64,000 nucleotides of DNA from contig NC_083423.1 of NCBI RefSeq assembly GCF_020745735.1, forward strand, positions 33,356,001 to 33,420,000. The letters run 5' to 3'. Below are positions 51,806 through 64,000 of the stretch, in pieces. The notes beneath the pieces were generated by a model. That model was not told where the DNA came from, did no database searches, and saw only the letters and a program-made list of their open reading frames with translations. Position 1 is the first letter of the stretch; each line of letters begins with the position of its first letter. The DNA comes from Hemiscyllium ocellatum. Lineage: Eukaryota. A program made the position numbers and the translations under genes.

Positions 51806-54800
51806 TAATTCCCCACTAACTTTATCAAAATAGCCCATTAGCAGAATCTCCAGTTCCTTTCTATTTCTGTTTAAACCTATATTGTAACTTATTTATGTTT
51901 TTGATGTACCTTAGTTACATTTCAAATATACTTCCACAGCGCACTTTCTGTAAATGTGTTGTATTTAATGTGCATAAGGTATGATTTGATAACTTTATAT
52001 TATTAATGTAATAAAAATTAAGTTGAGAGACCCTATGAAGGCAGATGTCATATGTTTTCAGAACTGAGAGCCAAACAGGTCCTGGAATTGTTTAGACAAT
52101 GTGTTACTGTTGGGAGTTAGGGCAAATTCATTTGAACACGTGTAAAAGCAAAATACTGCAAATGCTGGAAATCTGAAACAAATGCAGAATGCTAGAGTCT
52201 CTTCAGAAGGGCCGCACTGGAATTGAGGTCAACTCTTGATTCTGTCCACACACACTGCCAAACTGGAGTTATTCTAGCCTGCATTGTTTGTTTTACACAT
52301 TATGTTGCTTTACTTAGTGTCAATTATTTTGATAGAATTTGTCATTGCTATCAAGATGTGAGTAGAGTTTGTAGAACAGGTTGTTGGATCAAGACTGGCT
52401 TGAAGCTGCCACGGTGAAATGGAAAAAGCTTTTAATTAAAATAAGATTTTCCTTTCAACTTTATAATCTTAACCAAGCAAGGAAAAGCCTTCAGGAAGGG
52501 CTGTGTAATTGTACTAACATTGAGTTAGCATAGGATGGCATGCTTTTGAGTATCCTTTTCACTTATGGAATTTTCTTATTACATTAGTTCTCAAATTTGG
52601 TCAAACATTCCTTTTGTATCTGTGATCTTTTTTCATACTCTTTATGCTTTAGTAAATGACAAACAGGTTTTTCCCTTCTCTTTCCCTCTTTAATTTTTTT
52701 CTTCTGTAAAATTGATTTGTTAAAACCCTGAATCACAACCTTGACACATCCAAAGTACTTTGCAGTCAATTAAACACTTCGGCATTGTTGTCAGTATTCT
52801 AATGTAAGAAAGGACAGCTGTACACAAGGTTCCACAGATAGTAATTGGATAATGAAGAGATGCAGTGCTTTAGGTATTGCTTGAGGGATAGGTACAAGTT
52901 GGTGCCTTGCGAAGAACTATTCCTAATATCTGTCAAATAGTGTTGAGACATCTTTTATGCCTGCTGACATTACAGATGTGGTCTTATTTTGATATCTCAT
53001 CAGGGTCATGACGCTCAACAATAAATAACCCCCAGCTATTTAGTTTTTTTTAAAGTCCAGTTCGTTACTTTTTTAAATTTTATAGTCATGAAAAAAGCTT
53101 TCCTGAGTATTTTTTTGAGCATTTAACTTTGTGATAAAATGGAGGATGGAATGGCTTACTGTATTTATCTCAACAAAATAAATATTACAGTTGGGGTAGA
53201 TTGATATTTGTAATGGGCAATAAATTAAGTTTAATGGCAAACATTGAAGCAGTTTTCTTCCCCTCCAAACCTGAATGGATAAAGTTGCAATAATATTTCA
53301 AAGCTTTTATTGTTCAACTGTGTGTAAAATAGACACTAAATATGTGCCCTTTCTGGAGCGTTCATAAAAACGTTAAACAAGTTTTATTTTAAAATTTGAT
53401 AAGAATTGCACTATTTTGCAACAGTTCAAGAGAAAATACTGCTGGATTTCCCTGTACTTTAATAAAACTGAAAATATTGGAAACTCTGTGGTTTCTAACA
53501 GGATTTATAGAAAGGGAAACTGAGATACATGTTTCTGGTTGAATGAAAGGACATTGAACTGAAACCTGCACAATATCATCCTTAATTGTTAACTATTATC
53601 TTTTCCTATTTGTCTTTCAGGTTCCCACCATCCAAAATATTCTGCTTTTGTTTTATGCTTTTATTTCCTTGTATTTCTTAAAAGAAGAATACCTCCCCCC
53701 ACCTGACGCATTTATATATTTGTAGCACAGTTTTGCAGATGGCATTCATCCACCAATGCTTTAACTAAAGGGCAGGGCAAATTGACAATCTACTTGATAC
53801 ATGAGAATATTGCCATACTGTATTAAACTGATCCCCCACCTTTGAAGTTCCACATTAATAAAATCTTTTGTGTAAGAATTTTGGCTAGTTTTTCTCCTCT
53901 CACCAGAAATTATTAGAACTGATTATAGTATGTGTATTGATACTCTGGCTGAGAAAGTATCTTAGCAAAGATTGGAATTTACTCATTAACTCAGACAAAT
54001 CTTTTACATTTATAACAATGGGTACATTTAAAATAGTTAATTCACTTCAACGTTATTTGGGATGTTCTGAAGCAGTTAAAAATTATGCAAATATTTTATT
54101 TAAAAATTGTTAATGTTTGATGTTTATACCTAATTTCAAGATCTTTGACATCCACTGAATGTGCTTTTTAGCTACTGACTGATTTTAACATCAAAATCTG
54201 CTTGCAGTTGAGCATTTAAAAGTTCAATGTTAGTATGTAGTCGTTCTGACTGGACATTTGTCCTTTTCTAAAAAATATATATAAACAAGCAGGACTCCTT
54301 TGGTGACTGAGTCTAAACATGTTGGGTTCAGTCTTGACATTACATTTTCACAAGCTCCAACAGAACAATGTACATAACAATAGCTTGTATTTTGTATAAT
54401 GCTTTTAATATGGAAAATGTCAAGATGCTTCATGTGTGTTAAAATGCTGGGCATTGACCCAAATCTTGTTTAGAAACAGACATTGAGAAAGATGTTAAGG
54501 AGAGTGAATGGGGGATTGTATTGAATAGATTATAGACAGTAGAATTTCTCACACATTGCAATTTTATGCTGTGTGGAATAGAAAGCCAAAGCTCTTAAAA
54601 TTGGCTTCATCTGGTCTGGAAAGAATCAATACATCAGTAGGGGTTTCAGCTGTTGATAAAGAGAATTGATTTTCAAGTGGAAGTAAGTAGACTTTGACAG
54701 TGAGAAGATTAGAAGAATTGAGACTTCTAACTTGTGGTTTAAATAAAGTGTTGTAATTGTGGATATTTCTAATTTACATCGAGACTCTGCTGGTTAAAGA

Positions 54801-55618
54801 GCATGGAGTTGATGGCAAGCGTATTTGATTTTTTTTAAGGACTAATGCCAATTTTAGCCGTCTTGTTTGACTGCTGGAAATTGACACTCTATCAAGATTG
54901 TCAGATTTTGAGCAGTGAAATTACTGCGTACTAAATGTATCGTAATAAGTAAATTTTAATTGATTTTTTGTCATTAATGAATTTAATTTGCTAGTGTAGA
55001 ACACCGATCTGTGTTGCATTACTGATGAGTATTTTTTCTTTCAAATTTTGACATGTACTTTGTTTGCGATTTGCTTTATTGAATGTGCCTAAAAGGGTTA
55101 AATGTCATGAATGTCCCTTAATTTAGGTTAGTAAGATTAATAAAATAAGCCATATTATACATTTTAACTTTTCTAAAAGTGCCTGTTTCATGTAAAAAGG
55201 TTTGCAATCAACTTATTTGTTAACTAACCATCAAAAGCATGTATTTTTTTCAAAAATTTCAGTCTTTTCCTCCTCTCTGACTAATTTTTATTCATGTCCC
55301 TGGTTGTAGTTTTATACATCAGATGTTAATTGCACATGGTGTGTCTTTATTTTATCTAACCAAAACAAGGATTTGTAGCGTAAAGGATCACGAAATGACC
55401 AATCTTTCCCTTTTTAGTTTTAATGAATCCATAAACATTTGCAGAAAATGTATTACTTGGAGAGCAAAGCACAGGGTAGTTTGCTAAATTAAAAATAATC
55501 CAAACAGGTGGTAGAGAGAAATTGATGTAATATTATGAAGAAGCATCACCACTAATCTTGGTTTCCCAAGATATCGTTAATATATTGTCTGAAATTATTG
55601 TTTTTAAAACCTTTACAG

Positions 55619-55775
55619 GCTAAACAAAATAATGAGTCAAGTGTCAGTGCCACGAAAGAAGCAATTCATACAGAGATTGTATGTTTATTGGACACTCAAG
55701 CGACAATCAAGAAATGGTGTACCGCTACTTCGACGTTTACAGTCTCATCTGCAGACTCAGAGAAGTGCGCAACAG
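55619..55775 (+). CDS. BRD1: BRD1 coding exon 2 (157 nt)
   Basis: acag|(R)[52 protein letters not shown]|gtattg. Confidence 0.96.
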
Positions 55776-56359
55776 GTATTGATTGTGTTACATTTTATCT
55801 CTGAAACTTGTGGAACAAGTTGTTTTTGGAATAAATATGATTGCATTTATATGGTGATAACTGATCTGGAAAGTTGAACTCTTTTCAATTTTGACTCGCT
55901 GACACAGATCCATCTTGGGTTGAATTGTGAAGTTATCTGTCACTCCAGTATAGGTGGAATTAAAATATGATTTTGAAGGATATGGTTACTTTGACATGCT
56001 TTACTTTGAAGTTAAATTAAATGTTGTTATACATTTCTAATTTCTGCCTTCAAGCCAAATATCACTGAGCAGGAAATAGAAATTCCAGAGCTCTATTATG
56101 TGTATTTAAGAAGGACTAAAAGCAGTAGCCAGTTACTTAGAGATTGAATTCCATCAGAAAAACATATTGCAAAACAATATCTAGAACTGGAAATAAAAAG
56201 GTAGTAAAATAATAAAGGTGAATTAAAATAGGAATAGCCAAGTTTAGAATCTGAGTTACAATGGGGGAGAAAAGGAATTCCTGGATAATGGTGGGAGAGG
56301 GAGAGACAGAGGGCGAGATATAGAGAGACAGATCTCTGCCTTCAGCTTAAGAGCTGAAG

Positions 56360-56830
56360 TATTGAAGTTTGCCCATTTAATCCGTAAGTTTCAGAAAAGG
56401 GTAGATGTGGCCTTTTTTATATTTTGAATGGTTAACACAAGTTAAATTGACCCATGCAACAATGGGTGCTGCCATTACATAACAGGTTGACAGAAAAACC
56501 TCTGAAAGTTTGCTCTATCATGAGGAGAGCGCTGCAGACAAAAGGGACTATTTTAAGTGCATATCAGTTAATGCCAAAGGTAAAGAAACAGAAATTCCTT
56601 ACCCTCAAGAAACAGTCTGACCACACGTGTAATTTGAATAACTTGAGCCGTTTAATTTTGATCATAGTTACGGTGATTTATGAAAACTTTGGTAAGTTTT
56701 TTTTTAAACTGAAAGAAAAGTTAATACCTTTTTCAATTTGGCCACACAGAGGGACAGAGGGTTGCAGGACCAAGGCAGGTAGCAATTCTGGCTGATGAAC
56801 AACAGTTTGAGCTGGGAATTGGCATGGATC
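56360..56830 (+). mobile_element. decayed Gypsy-type gag fragment (SCAN-like region)
   Basis: frameshifted peptides PMQQWVLPLHNRLT, ILSAYQLMPKVKKQKFLTLKKQSDHT and HTEGQRVAGPRQVAILADE resemble Gypsy gag motifs AYELVPEAYRQKFR and AAxLADxY. Confidence 0.6.
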
Positions 56831-57642
56831 TGAGTGAGAGATACAGACATGGTAAATACCCTGAAGGCAAGCAGGAGAGAGAAGGGAAGCCAGTCAGAGA
56901 ACGTAGCACTATTTTTGACATTTGGCACAAGGGATCCAAGTATGACACTGTTGAGAAACTGATCCGTGTGCTTCCACTGTGGGTAGTCAGTGCGTGCAAA
57001 GTTGTTGGTTTTGATATCCTCCAAAAATGCAAATTCCAAAAATTGTATCTGTAACATTAAAGATAGCTAATATCTGCTCAGGAATAACTGCAGACCAAAA
57101 CAGTTGTCAGAAGTATCTTAACATTTTCCAAGTCAATGGGTAGTTACAGACCTTTAGAGTGAAGGGGAGGAATATCAGATTTTTCCTTTTGAAAGTAAGT
57201 GAAATTCCAGCATACTGATCAAAGGGCATATGAAGGACTGGCTACAAGGATTGATATTTTTACAGTACAGATTAATTCTTAGACCAGTTTTGGCAGGTGA
57301 AGGTAGGTGTTTTGTGATTCAATCAAATCTGATGGACAATTGTGCATTCTAGTTATTCAATGTGTAACTCTTGCATTTAAAAGTGCAAAAATAATTTTAA
57401 TGTCAAGGTTATGATCAAAGGTAGTAAGTGTTTTACTGGAGCAACATCAAATATGGCAGCGATTGCATAAGGAATTGCTTTTTGTTTCAGAGAACTATTT
57501 GTTATTTGGCAAGGAAGGGAGAACTCTCAAGAAATAGTTTGAATTTTCATGTAGATCTGCAACTGTAACAATGATTTTTAATCAAATAGTTTTCATTTGA
57601 ATTCTTAATACCTTTGTCTCCCTCTTTCGTCCTCTGGAGAAG

Positions 57643-57774
57643 AGAACAGATGATGAACAAAAAAACAGCATGAAGGAGCAGCTGAAATATTGGCAGAGGC
57701 TACGCCATGACTTAGAAAGGGCACGTTTGCTGGTTGAACTTATTCGTAAACGTGAAAAACTAAAACGTGAAGAG
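57643..57774 (+). CDS. BRD1: BRD1 coding exon 3 (132 nt)
   Basis: gagaag|[44 protein letters not shown]|gtattg. Confidence 0.94.
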
Positions 57775-57899
57775 GTATTGTTTAGTATTCATTCTGGTCA
57801 ACTTTAGTGAATTGTTTCACTTTAAAGGATGCTGTTGTTCTTAGTTTTTTGTGATTTGAAACAATTGTACCTGGTTTAAATATGTTTAAATGTTGGCAG

Positions 57900-58028
57900 G
57901 TCAAAGTTCAACAGATTGCTATGGAGCTCCAGCTGACACCCTTGACTGTTATGTTACGCTCTGTTTTGGAACAGCTTCAGGAAAAGGACCCTGCACATAT
58001 ATTTGCTCAGCCAGTGAGTTTAAAAGAG
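57900..58028 (+). CDS. BRD1: BRD1 coding exon 4 (129 nt), start of bromodomain
   Basis: gcag|[43 protein letters not shown]|gtatga. Confidence 0.96.
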
Positions 58029-60106
58029 GTATGAATCTCCGTTGTTTTGATTTAGCGAAGTCCACTATTTGTTATGGCCAGAATTACATTATTTCTGTTT
58101 TTTAGTATTACTTTTAATGTGGATTCTCACATTATCCTGAATTACTGTATACTTTTCACACAGGTTGGGGAAGCTGAGTATCCTACTTTAGGGACGTTTC
58201 AGCAAGCTATACATGCTGAGTCTCTGTGGCTAAGGAATTTGCCTCAGCACCCATCTCCTATCAGCAGGAAATAAAACCACCACCTTGCTAATTTCCTCCA
58301 CAAGGATCTCCATGATGTTCTCTGAAAATATTTGATCCATTATCAGCCTCATGCTGGCTATATTTTCTTTTATAATCCCAGTTGACTTTATTGCTGGACA
58401 AGTCAAATCCCAGGCTGAAATCTGGTTTGATAGATCATGTTTTTAAACTGAAAAACAAACATGCAGTGTAACAGATTTGGGTTTAACAATAGAAAAAGGT
58501 TATTACTGTAAAAGAAATAAAATAGAATAAGCTAAGCTATTTTCCTACTACACAAATTTACAAAAAAATTGAAACTTTCAGTGAAGTACAGTCCCATTAA
58601 CCCGAAAAGCACTCCTTTATAGTATTAACACCAGAGGAAATTTCTTTCCTTTAGTGCTTAATTTATCTGTGCCTTCAATTCCTTGTCTTGAGAATCTGAT
58701 AGCCTGTTCCAGGAACTCTCATACAACTAAACTAAAACTTGCTCAGCTTCAGCTACCCACTTCAGGGTTTTAACCAAGCCCTCCTTGTCTGGAAACTTTA
58801 AATTAAATTCCTTATACAAAGGTAACCAATTTGTTAAATTTCTAAAGCTGTCTCTGTTTCTCAGAATCAACTATTTTACACAACCAGCTTCAGCCAAGAC
58901 CTAATCAGACCTGCCCAACTGAAACCCAAAAGCTTTTTATCCAAGCCAAAAGTGTTTGTTTAACGAATACCAGAAAAAATCCAGCATCTTCCACATATAC
59001 GCCTATTGCACTCCACTTTGTTTGCTACCCCAATTTAATCAAATTCCCATCTGTTCCTGGATTATCTGTCTTTCTGTCTGCTTTTAAAATAGAAATACTT
59101 GGAAGTTAATAATTAAATCCAGTCAAGCACACAACTTATACATCACTAGTTCAAAATTCAAAGCTCCAAAATAAATAATAACGCACAAGCAAATTGCACA
59201 TTTTGCATCTCATTTCCATAAACCGAAACATGCAGTATGAACAAATCTTCAAATTTTCCAACTTCTGCACTCATCATTCCCAACCACCATAACCCTCACT
59301 GCGTGTGTACATGCACTCGGAAGTTGTCAAACAAAATAGTGCTGAGAGTTTGCCAACCATATGAAATTCAAGTGGAGGTCTGAAAATGATTTGTACTACT
59401 CGCCATTACCATTGGGTGGACATCAGTTCATCATGTTGTTTACTGTGTCCATTTTGGGCGTAAGCAGAAACTGAATCCGTAATTATGTTAATTGCTTAAT
59501 TATATTTACGTTTTAATTTATTTACAACAATTACATCACAAAGCAAAATAAAAACAATTCTTAAGACACAAGTTAACATTTTAATAGTCAGTGAAAAGAA
59601 ATAGTCCTTTGCAGACATTGCAGTTTTAATTGCCGTTTCTTATTTATGTTTTTATCTCCATCTATAATTGTATTAATTTTATTTGGCATCTAGGTTAGTG
59701 AGAATTGGTTGCTCAACTGACCCTCGCCTAATTCTCTGGCACAAACAAACTTCATCAAAACCTTGACTCTGTTCGTGCATATTAGTGATGGAATAGTAGT
59801 CTCAACTTCCCATGACATTTACATTTAATGTTGCTTAGTATTGTTTGTTCTTGACAAGGTTGAGTGCCCATTTGTAATTAGCTGAGTTCAAGGCTAGTAG
59901 ACTGTTTAGTCATCCTCTTGACTTTTTTTTTACAACACCAGAAATTTTGAACTTCATGTTTCTTGTATTTTCTAAAATCTATGTTCGTGAAAGTAGTTCT
60001 AATTTAAAAATAAACTGTAAGACCTTTTGCAATTGGCAAGTATTTGTTTTGGGCGCATTTCAGACAAGGTCATCATTAACAAAAGTTGTTTTCTATATAT
60101 TTTCAG

Positions 60107-60419
60107 GTTCCAGACTATTTAGATCATATAACACACCCAATGGACTTCTCCACAATGAGAAAAAGGATAGAAGATCATGGTTATAATAATCTGGATGAAT
60201 TTGAAGCTGATGTTAACCTTATTGTAGATAATTGTATGAAATACAATGCAAAGGACACAATATTTTACCGAGCAGCTGTGCGATTGAGAGATCAGGGAGG
60301 TGTCATCTTAAGGCAGGCTCGTCGTGAAGCTGACCGAATAGGTTTTGACTCTGAAACTTCAATGCATTTGCCTGAACCACCGAAGTGTGAAATCACCAAG
60401 CCTTTGACATGGGAAGAGG
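60107..60419 (+). CDS. BRD1: BRD1 coding exon 5 (313 nt), bromodomain
   Basis: tcag|[20 protein letters not shown]...[24 protein letters not shown]...TWEE|gtattt. Confidence 0.97.
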
Positions 60420-61004
60420 GTATTTTATTTTCATTAATACTTTTAGGATACATCGATCTACAGTTACAATACATTACCTATTTTATGTGAAAAGCAAGAA
60501 AACCTTATCTAACTTTTGTTTAATGTATTAGGCATTTTCAAAATAGATATAGTTCTGTTTACTTCTTTAAAAAACCCTTAGGTAACTACTCTTGGTTTAT
60601 GACCGTTAATCCTGCTCCCTGGAAAACCAGTTTCTTTTTTTTTCTCTAGCTGTACAGTGTCTTTCTCTGGGGAAAACGTTTACTTGTGCTGATATCAGCT
60701 GTAAAGTAGATGTAGCTGCTGAAATATGTGATGCTGGTAAAAGGCATGGACCAAGTTAATGATTATATCTGCTGCATCTGATTTGTGAATGCCTACCCTG
60801 ACAAGAATTGACTTAGTGGAAGTTCACTGTAGGGTTGCTGATTTGGGGAGAGACTATGGCAACAAGTGATGCATTTTTAAAGTTGTACCTCTTAAAAAGG
60901 AATGTTGATGATAACTTTATTGTAAGGTGAAGGTGGTGACTGGTTAATATTCTGTCAGATGCTGCAGTGTGGCATATTAGTTTTCTTTCTCATACTGTCA
61001 TTCC

Positions 61005-61760
61005 AATGGCAAAATGTGAGGTTATACACTTTGGCTGGAAGCTGGATGTTACTTAAGTTGGAAAAGACTGTGGAAAACTGCAGAATAGAGAGATTTTAGG
61101 ATTGTCAATATGAATCACAGGCTAACATCCAAGTTCAGCCTGTCTTGGAATGGCTAATGTCAGCTATTATTTCAAACGAAATGTCGTGTAAAATTAGGGA
61201 TGTCTTGCTAGAAATAAATTGCACTGTCCAGATCACACCAGAAATACAATATACAGTTTTTTGCTCCTTTTATGTAAGGAAACATAGACTAGGATTGAAG
61301 GCTCACCAGAGAACGTTTACGAAGTTGATTCTGGGTAAAGGGTGATTTCCTTATGAGAAGATGGTGAGCAGTTTGGGATTTTATTCATTGGAATTTAGAA
61401 GAATAAAAGGAGACCTTATTAAAACATATCAGAATCTTAGGGACTTTACTAGACAGATGGAGAGTTGTTTCCCATTCTCCATGTCTAGGACCACAGGGTA
61501 TAATCTTAAAGTAAGGCGTTGTCTATTTAAAACAGATGAGAAGTTTCTTTTCTGGACAATGAATCTCTGGAATTCTTCACTTTAGAGTGCTGTCAAGGCT
61601 GGGGTTGTTGTGTTCGAGGCTAAAATACTTTTTTTTTCATAATCAAAGGCTTGGAAGCAAGGCAGGATTGTGGAGTTTAGGATTATCAGATTAGTTATGA
61701 TTTAATTGAATGGCAGTGTGAACTTGATGGGCCAAGTGGTCTACTCCCACATCTTGTGTC
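61005..61760 (+). mobile_element. old CR1 LINE 3' fragment
   Basis: KCEVIHFG, HQRTFTKLI, YSLEFRRIKGDLIKTY. Confidence 0.8.
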
Positions 61761-63841
61761 AAAAAGCTCAACTTTATGTTTCTGTCTTTGGACGGAGAAT
61801 ATCTTGCCAACTATGGCTGCTGCCACAGGATTGGTGGGTGGATTTTTAGAATAAATGCAGTGCTACTCAAAGTTCGATTTGACTAAGGGTTCTTATCACA
61901 ATGTACGGCCTTAATTTACCACATCACCCTTATTTTAACTCAATGCCAACTAAAACGCTACGTACACAGCGGAAACCCTGGAGAAATGATAAGTGTTTAT
62001 CCAGCATTTCTGGGGTTTTTTTTTAAGTTGCACCTCGCAACTGGAAAAACAACCAAACATTTGAGGAACTTGCCTTTCCCTTTTGATGGGAAGTGTTCTT
62101 GTTTTGCCAAGCTTTCTTAAATATGTGTTTAATCTTGCACATAGGCATGTTGACGATTGATTTATTTTCTTCTGGGAGGAAAGCTGAAGTAATTTTTTTT
62201 AATGAACAAGGAGTAAGAGTATGCTTCTGTGGCTTGTGGAATTGCACGGCCATTTATTAAGATCATAGCTGATCTGATTTTGACCTCCAATTCACATTCC
62301 TGACTGTCTTTGATAATCTTTCACCACATCTATACCAAGAATCTGATTAAGTATAGAAACTGGTTTCATTGGCAGAAGGGCTAACTACCAATTTATGCAG
62401 ATTTAAGTGAATTGGTTAAAGAAACAATTGCAGCAGGTGGTATCATATTTTTATATGTGCAAGTTGCAATCTGGAATGCATGGTCAGAAAGATGTTAGAA
62501 ACCAACGTAACTTTCAAAAAGAAAGTGATTGAAAGCCAGAAGGGGAAAACATTATGTGACTAACTAGGGAAAAAACATTGGAGTGAAATAAGTTGGATAA
62601 CCATACCAAGGGCAATCTCTTCATGCTGTTTTCTTCGATTTAACCAATTACCCCAGTAAGCCTGAACTAAAAGTTTGGTAAGCAGTTTCAAGATGTGATA
62701 TGATAATTTATACTCTTGTCCTTTATTTTAAATAATTAATAAGTATGCATAATAATTGTTTGGGTAACATCTTGTCTGTATTGAAGAATTGCTTTTTTTC
62801 CTCATGTTAGTTATATTAGGGTCATGTAATCCAAATGCTAATATGTTAATTCACGAAGACAGAGACCTGTTTGTTCTTTGTGTTGTCGCGATGAAAGTAA
62901 AATTCCATAGAATTATAATCCAAATCCCTGCACAAGAAATCCAAAATTGACCTATTTAGATAGAACTTTACTGCAATAACAGTATGCAATTTGGGCAATT
63001 ATGAAAAAGTTAAAATATTAAAATTGATGCATTGATTACCAGCCTTCCACTGATTTCATGATATAGAGTTTCCACTTGGTTGAAATTGAGAAGTAATGCT
63101 CAGTATTTGCATGAAGTTGCACTGTATTATAATTATATTGTAATACAAATTATATTGTAAGGCAAGTTTTCACTAAATCATTTGCATAACCACAAATTTA
63201 TAATTTTCCATTGATCATAGCAACCTGGAAATGTAATAAAACATTCTTTTCTACCTATCCAGTAAAATATACTCCTGGATGTATAAGTATGATAATCTGC
63301 AGTTTTTTTTATACCCTGAAATGGCATAATCAACAAAAATTGATGGTTTTAAATAAAATAGTCCAATCCTTCACTTTTTTTAAAATCCCTTCAAATGATA
63401 TTAAAAACATTAATAATTTTAATGATTTCATTGGTCTACACTCTACATTTTATGGTGGACTAAATATTTTGTCACATACAAAAGAAACTGCACCTACTAC
63501 TGTCTGTGCATTGGGGAAAAAAATAGATGCAATTTTAGAGTCTACTAAAGCAGCAGAATCTGAATTCTGAGGGGATGATAGTCTGTTTTGTGAGTGGGAC
63601 CTAACTTGGACAAGCTGTATCTTCAATGTATTGAAAAAGTTGCAGAAACTGAGCTTTTAATTTTTCTGAGATTAATTAATATTTCAAACTTGCTGATTCA
63701 ACTAATTACACTGCAATGCGGGCACAAAATATAGCAAAAACGCTACTCCATTTATACGTAATGGTGGTTTCTGTAGCGGTGACTATAAGCAATCTTTTGA
63801 CTTCAAACTTGTTTGTTAATTGATTATTTGTTTCATTGTAG

Positions 63842-64000
63842 TGGATAGATTATTAGTACCTGCAAATAGAGAGCATATGTCTTTGGAAGTGCAGCTGAAG
63901 GAGTTGCTGGACAAACTGGACATGACATGTGCAATGAAATCCTGTGGTGCCAGATGTAGACGTGCCAAGTTATTGCGAAAAGAAATTAATAACATCCGCT
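63842..64000 (+). CDS. BRD1: BRD1 coding exon 6 (partial, runs off the window)
   Basis: gtag|(V)DRLLVPANREHMSLEVQLKELLDKLDMTCAMKSCGARCRRAKLLRKEINNIR. Confidence 0.95.

Noticed and set aside
58467-59212. LTR-like AT-rich block (similar impression at ~46280-46717)
   Set aside because: TG...CA ends are plausible, but no TSD or second copy could be confirmed
1-64000. CRISPR arrays, rRNA or prokaryotic operons
   Set aside because: No regularly spaced repeats or rRNA-like sequence; the window is clearly spliced vertebrate DNA

Overview
Vertebrate genomic DNA, most likely from a shark (inferred from HE1-type SINEs, CR1/HER1 LINEs and Penelope-type repeats). It holds three intron-rich genes in the order found on human 22q13. 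CRELD2 is on the minus strand, with 4 coding exons in the window and the 3' part presumably beyond the left edge. It lies head-to-head with a complete ALG12 on the plus strand (9 coding exons, 11519-35600, 496 aa). BRD1/BRPF2 follows on the plus strand (CpG-island promoter ~43.0-44.3 kb, 6 coding exons from 48028, running off the right edge). Main observations: (1) the ALG12 intron 20154-22881 has clear minor-spliceosome (U12) signals but starts TTATCCTTT, i.e. apparent TT-AG termini; (2) several families of Penelope-type fold-back insertions carry minimal hammerhead-ribozyme cores with co-varying stem II, two with 12-bp target-site duplications; (3) the CRELD2/ALG12 bidirectional promoter has a perfect ERSE-II plus an ERSE-I variant; (4) there is no ZBED4 ORF between ALG12 and BRD1, where humans have it. 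Introns also contain CR1 LINEs, SINEs, a Tigger-like MITE, a possible hAT element and a decayed Gypsy gag. Homology calls are from recognition, not from database searches.
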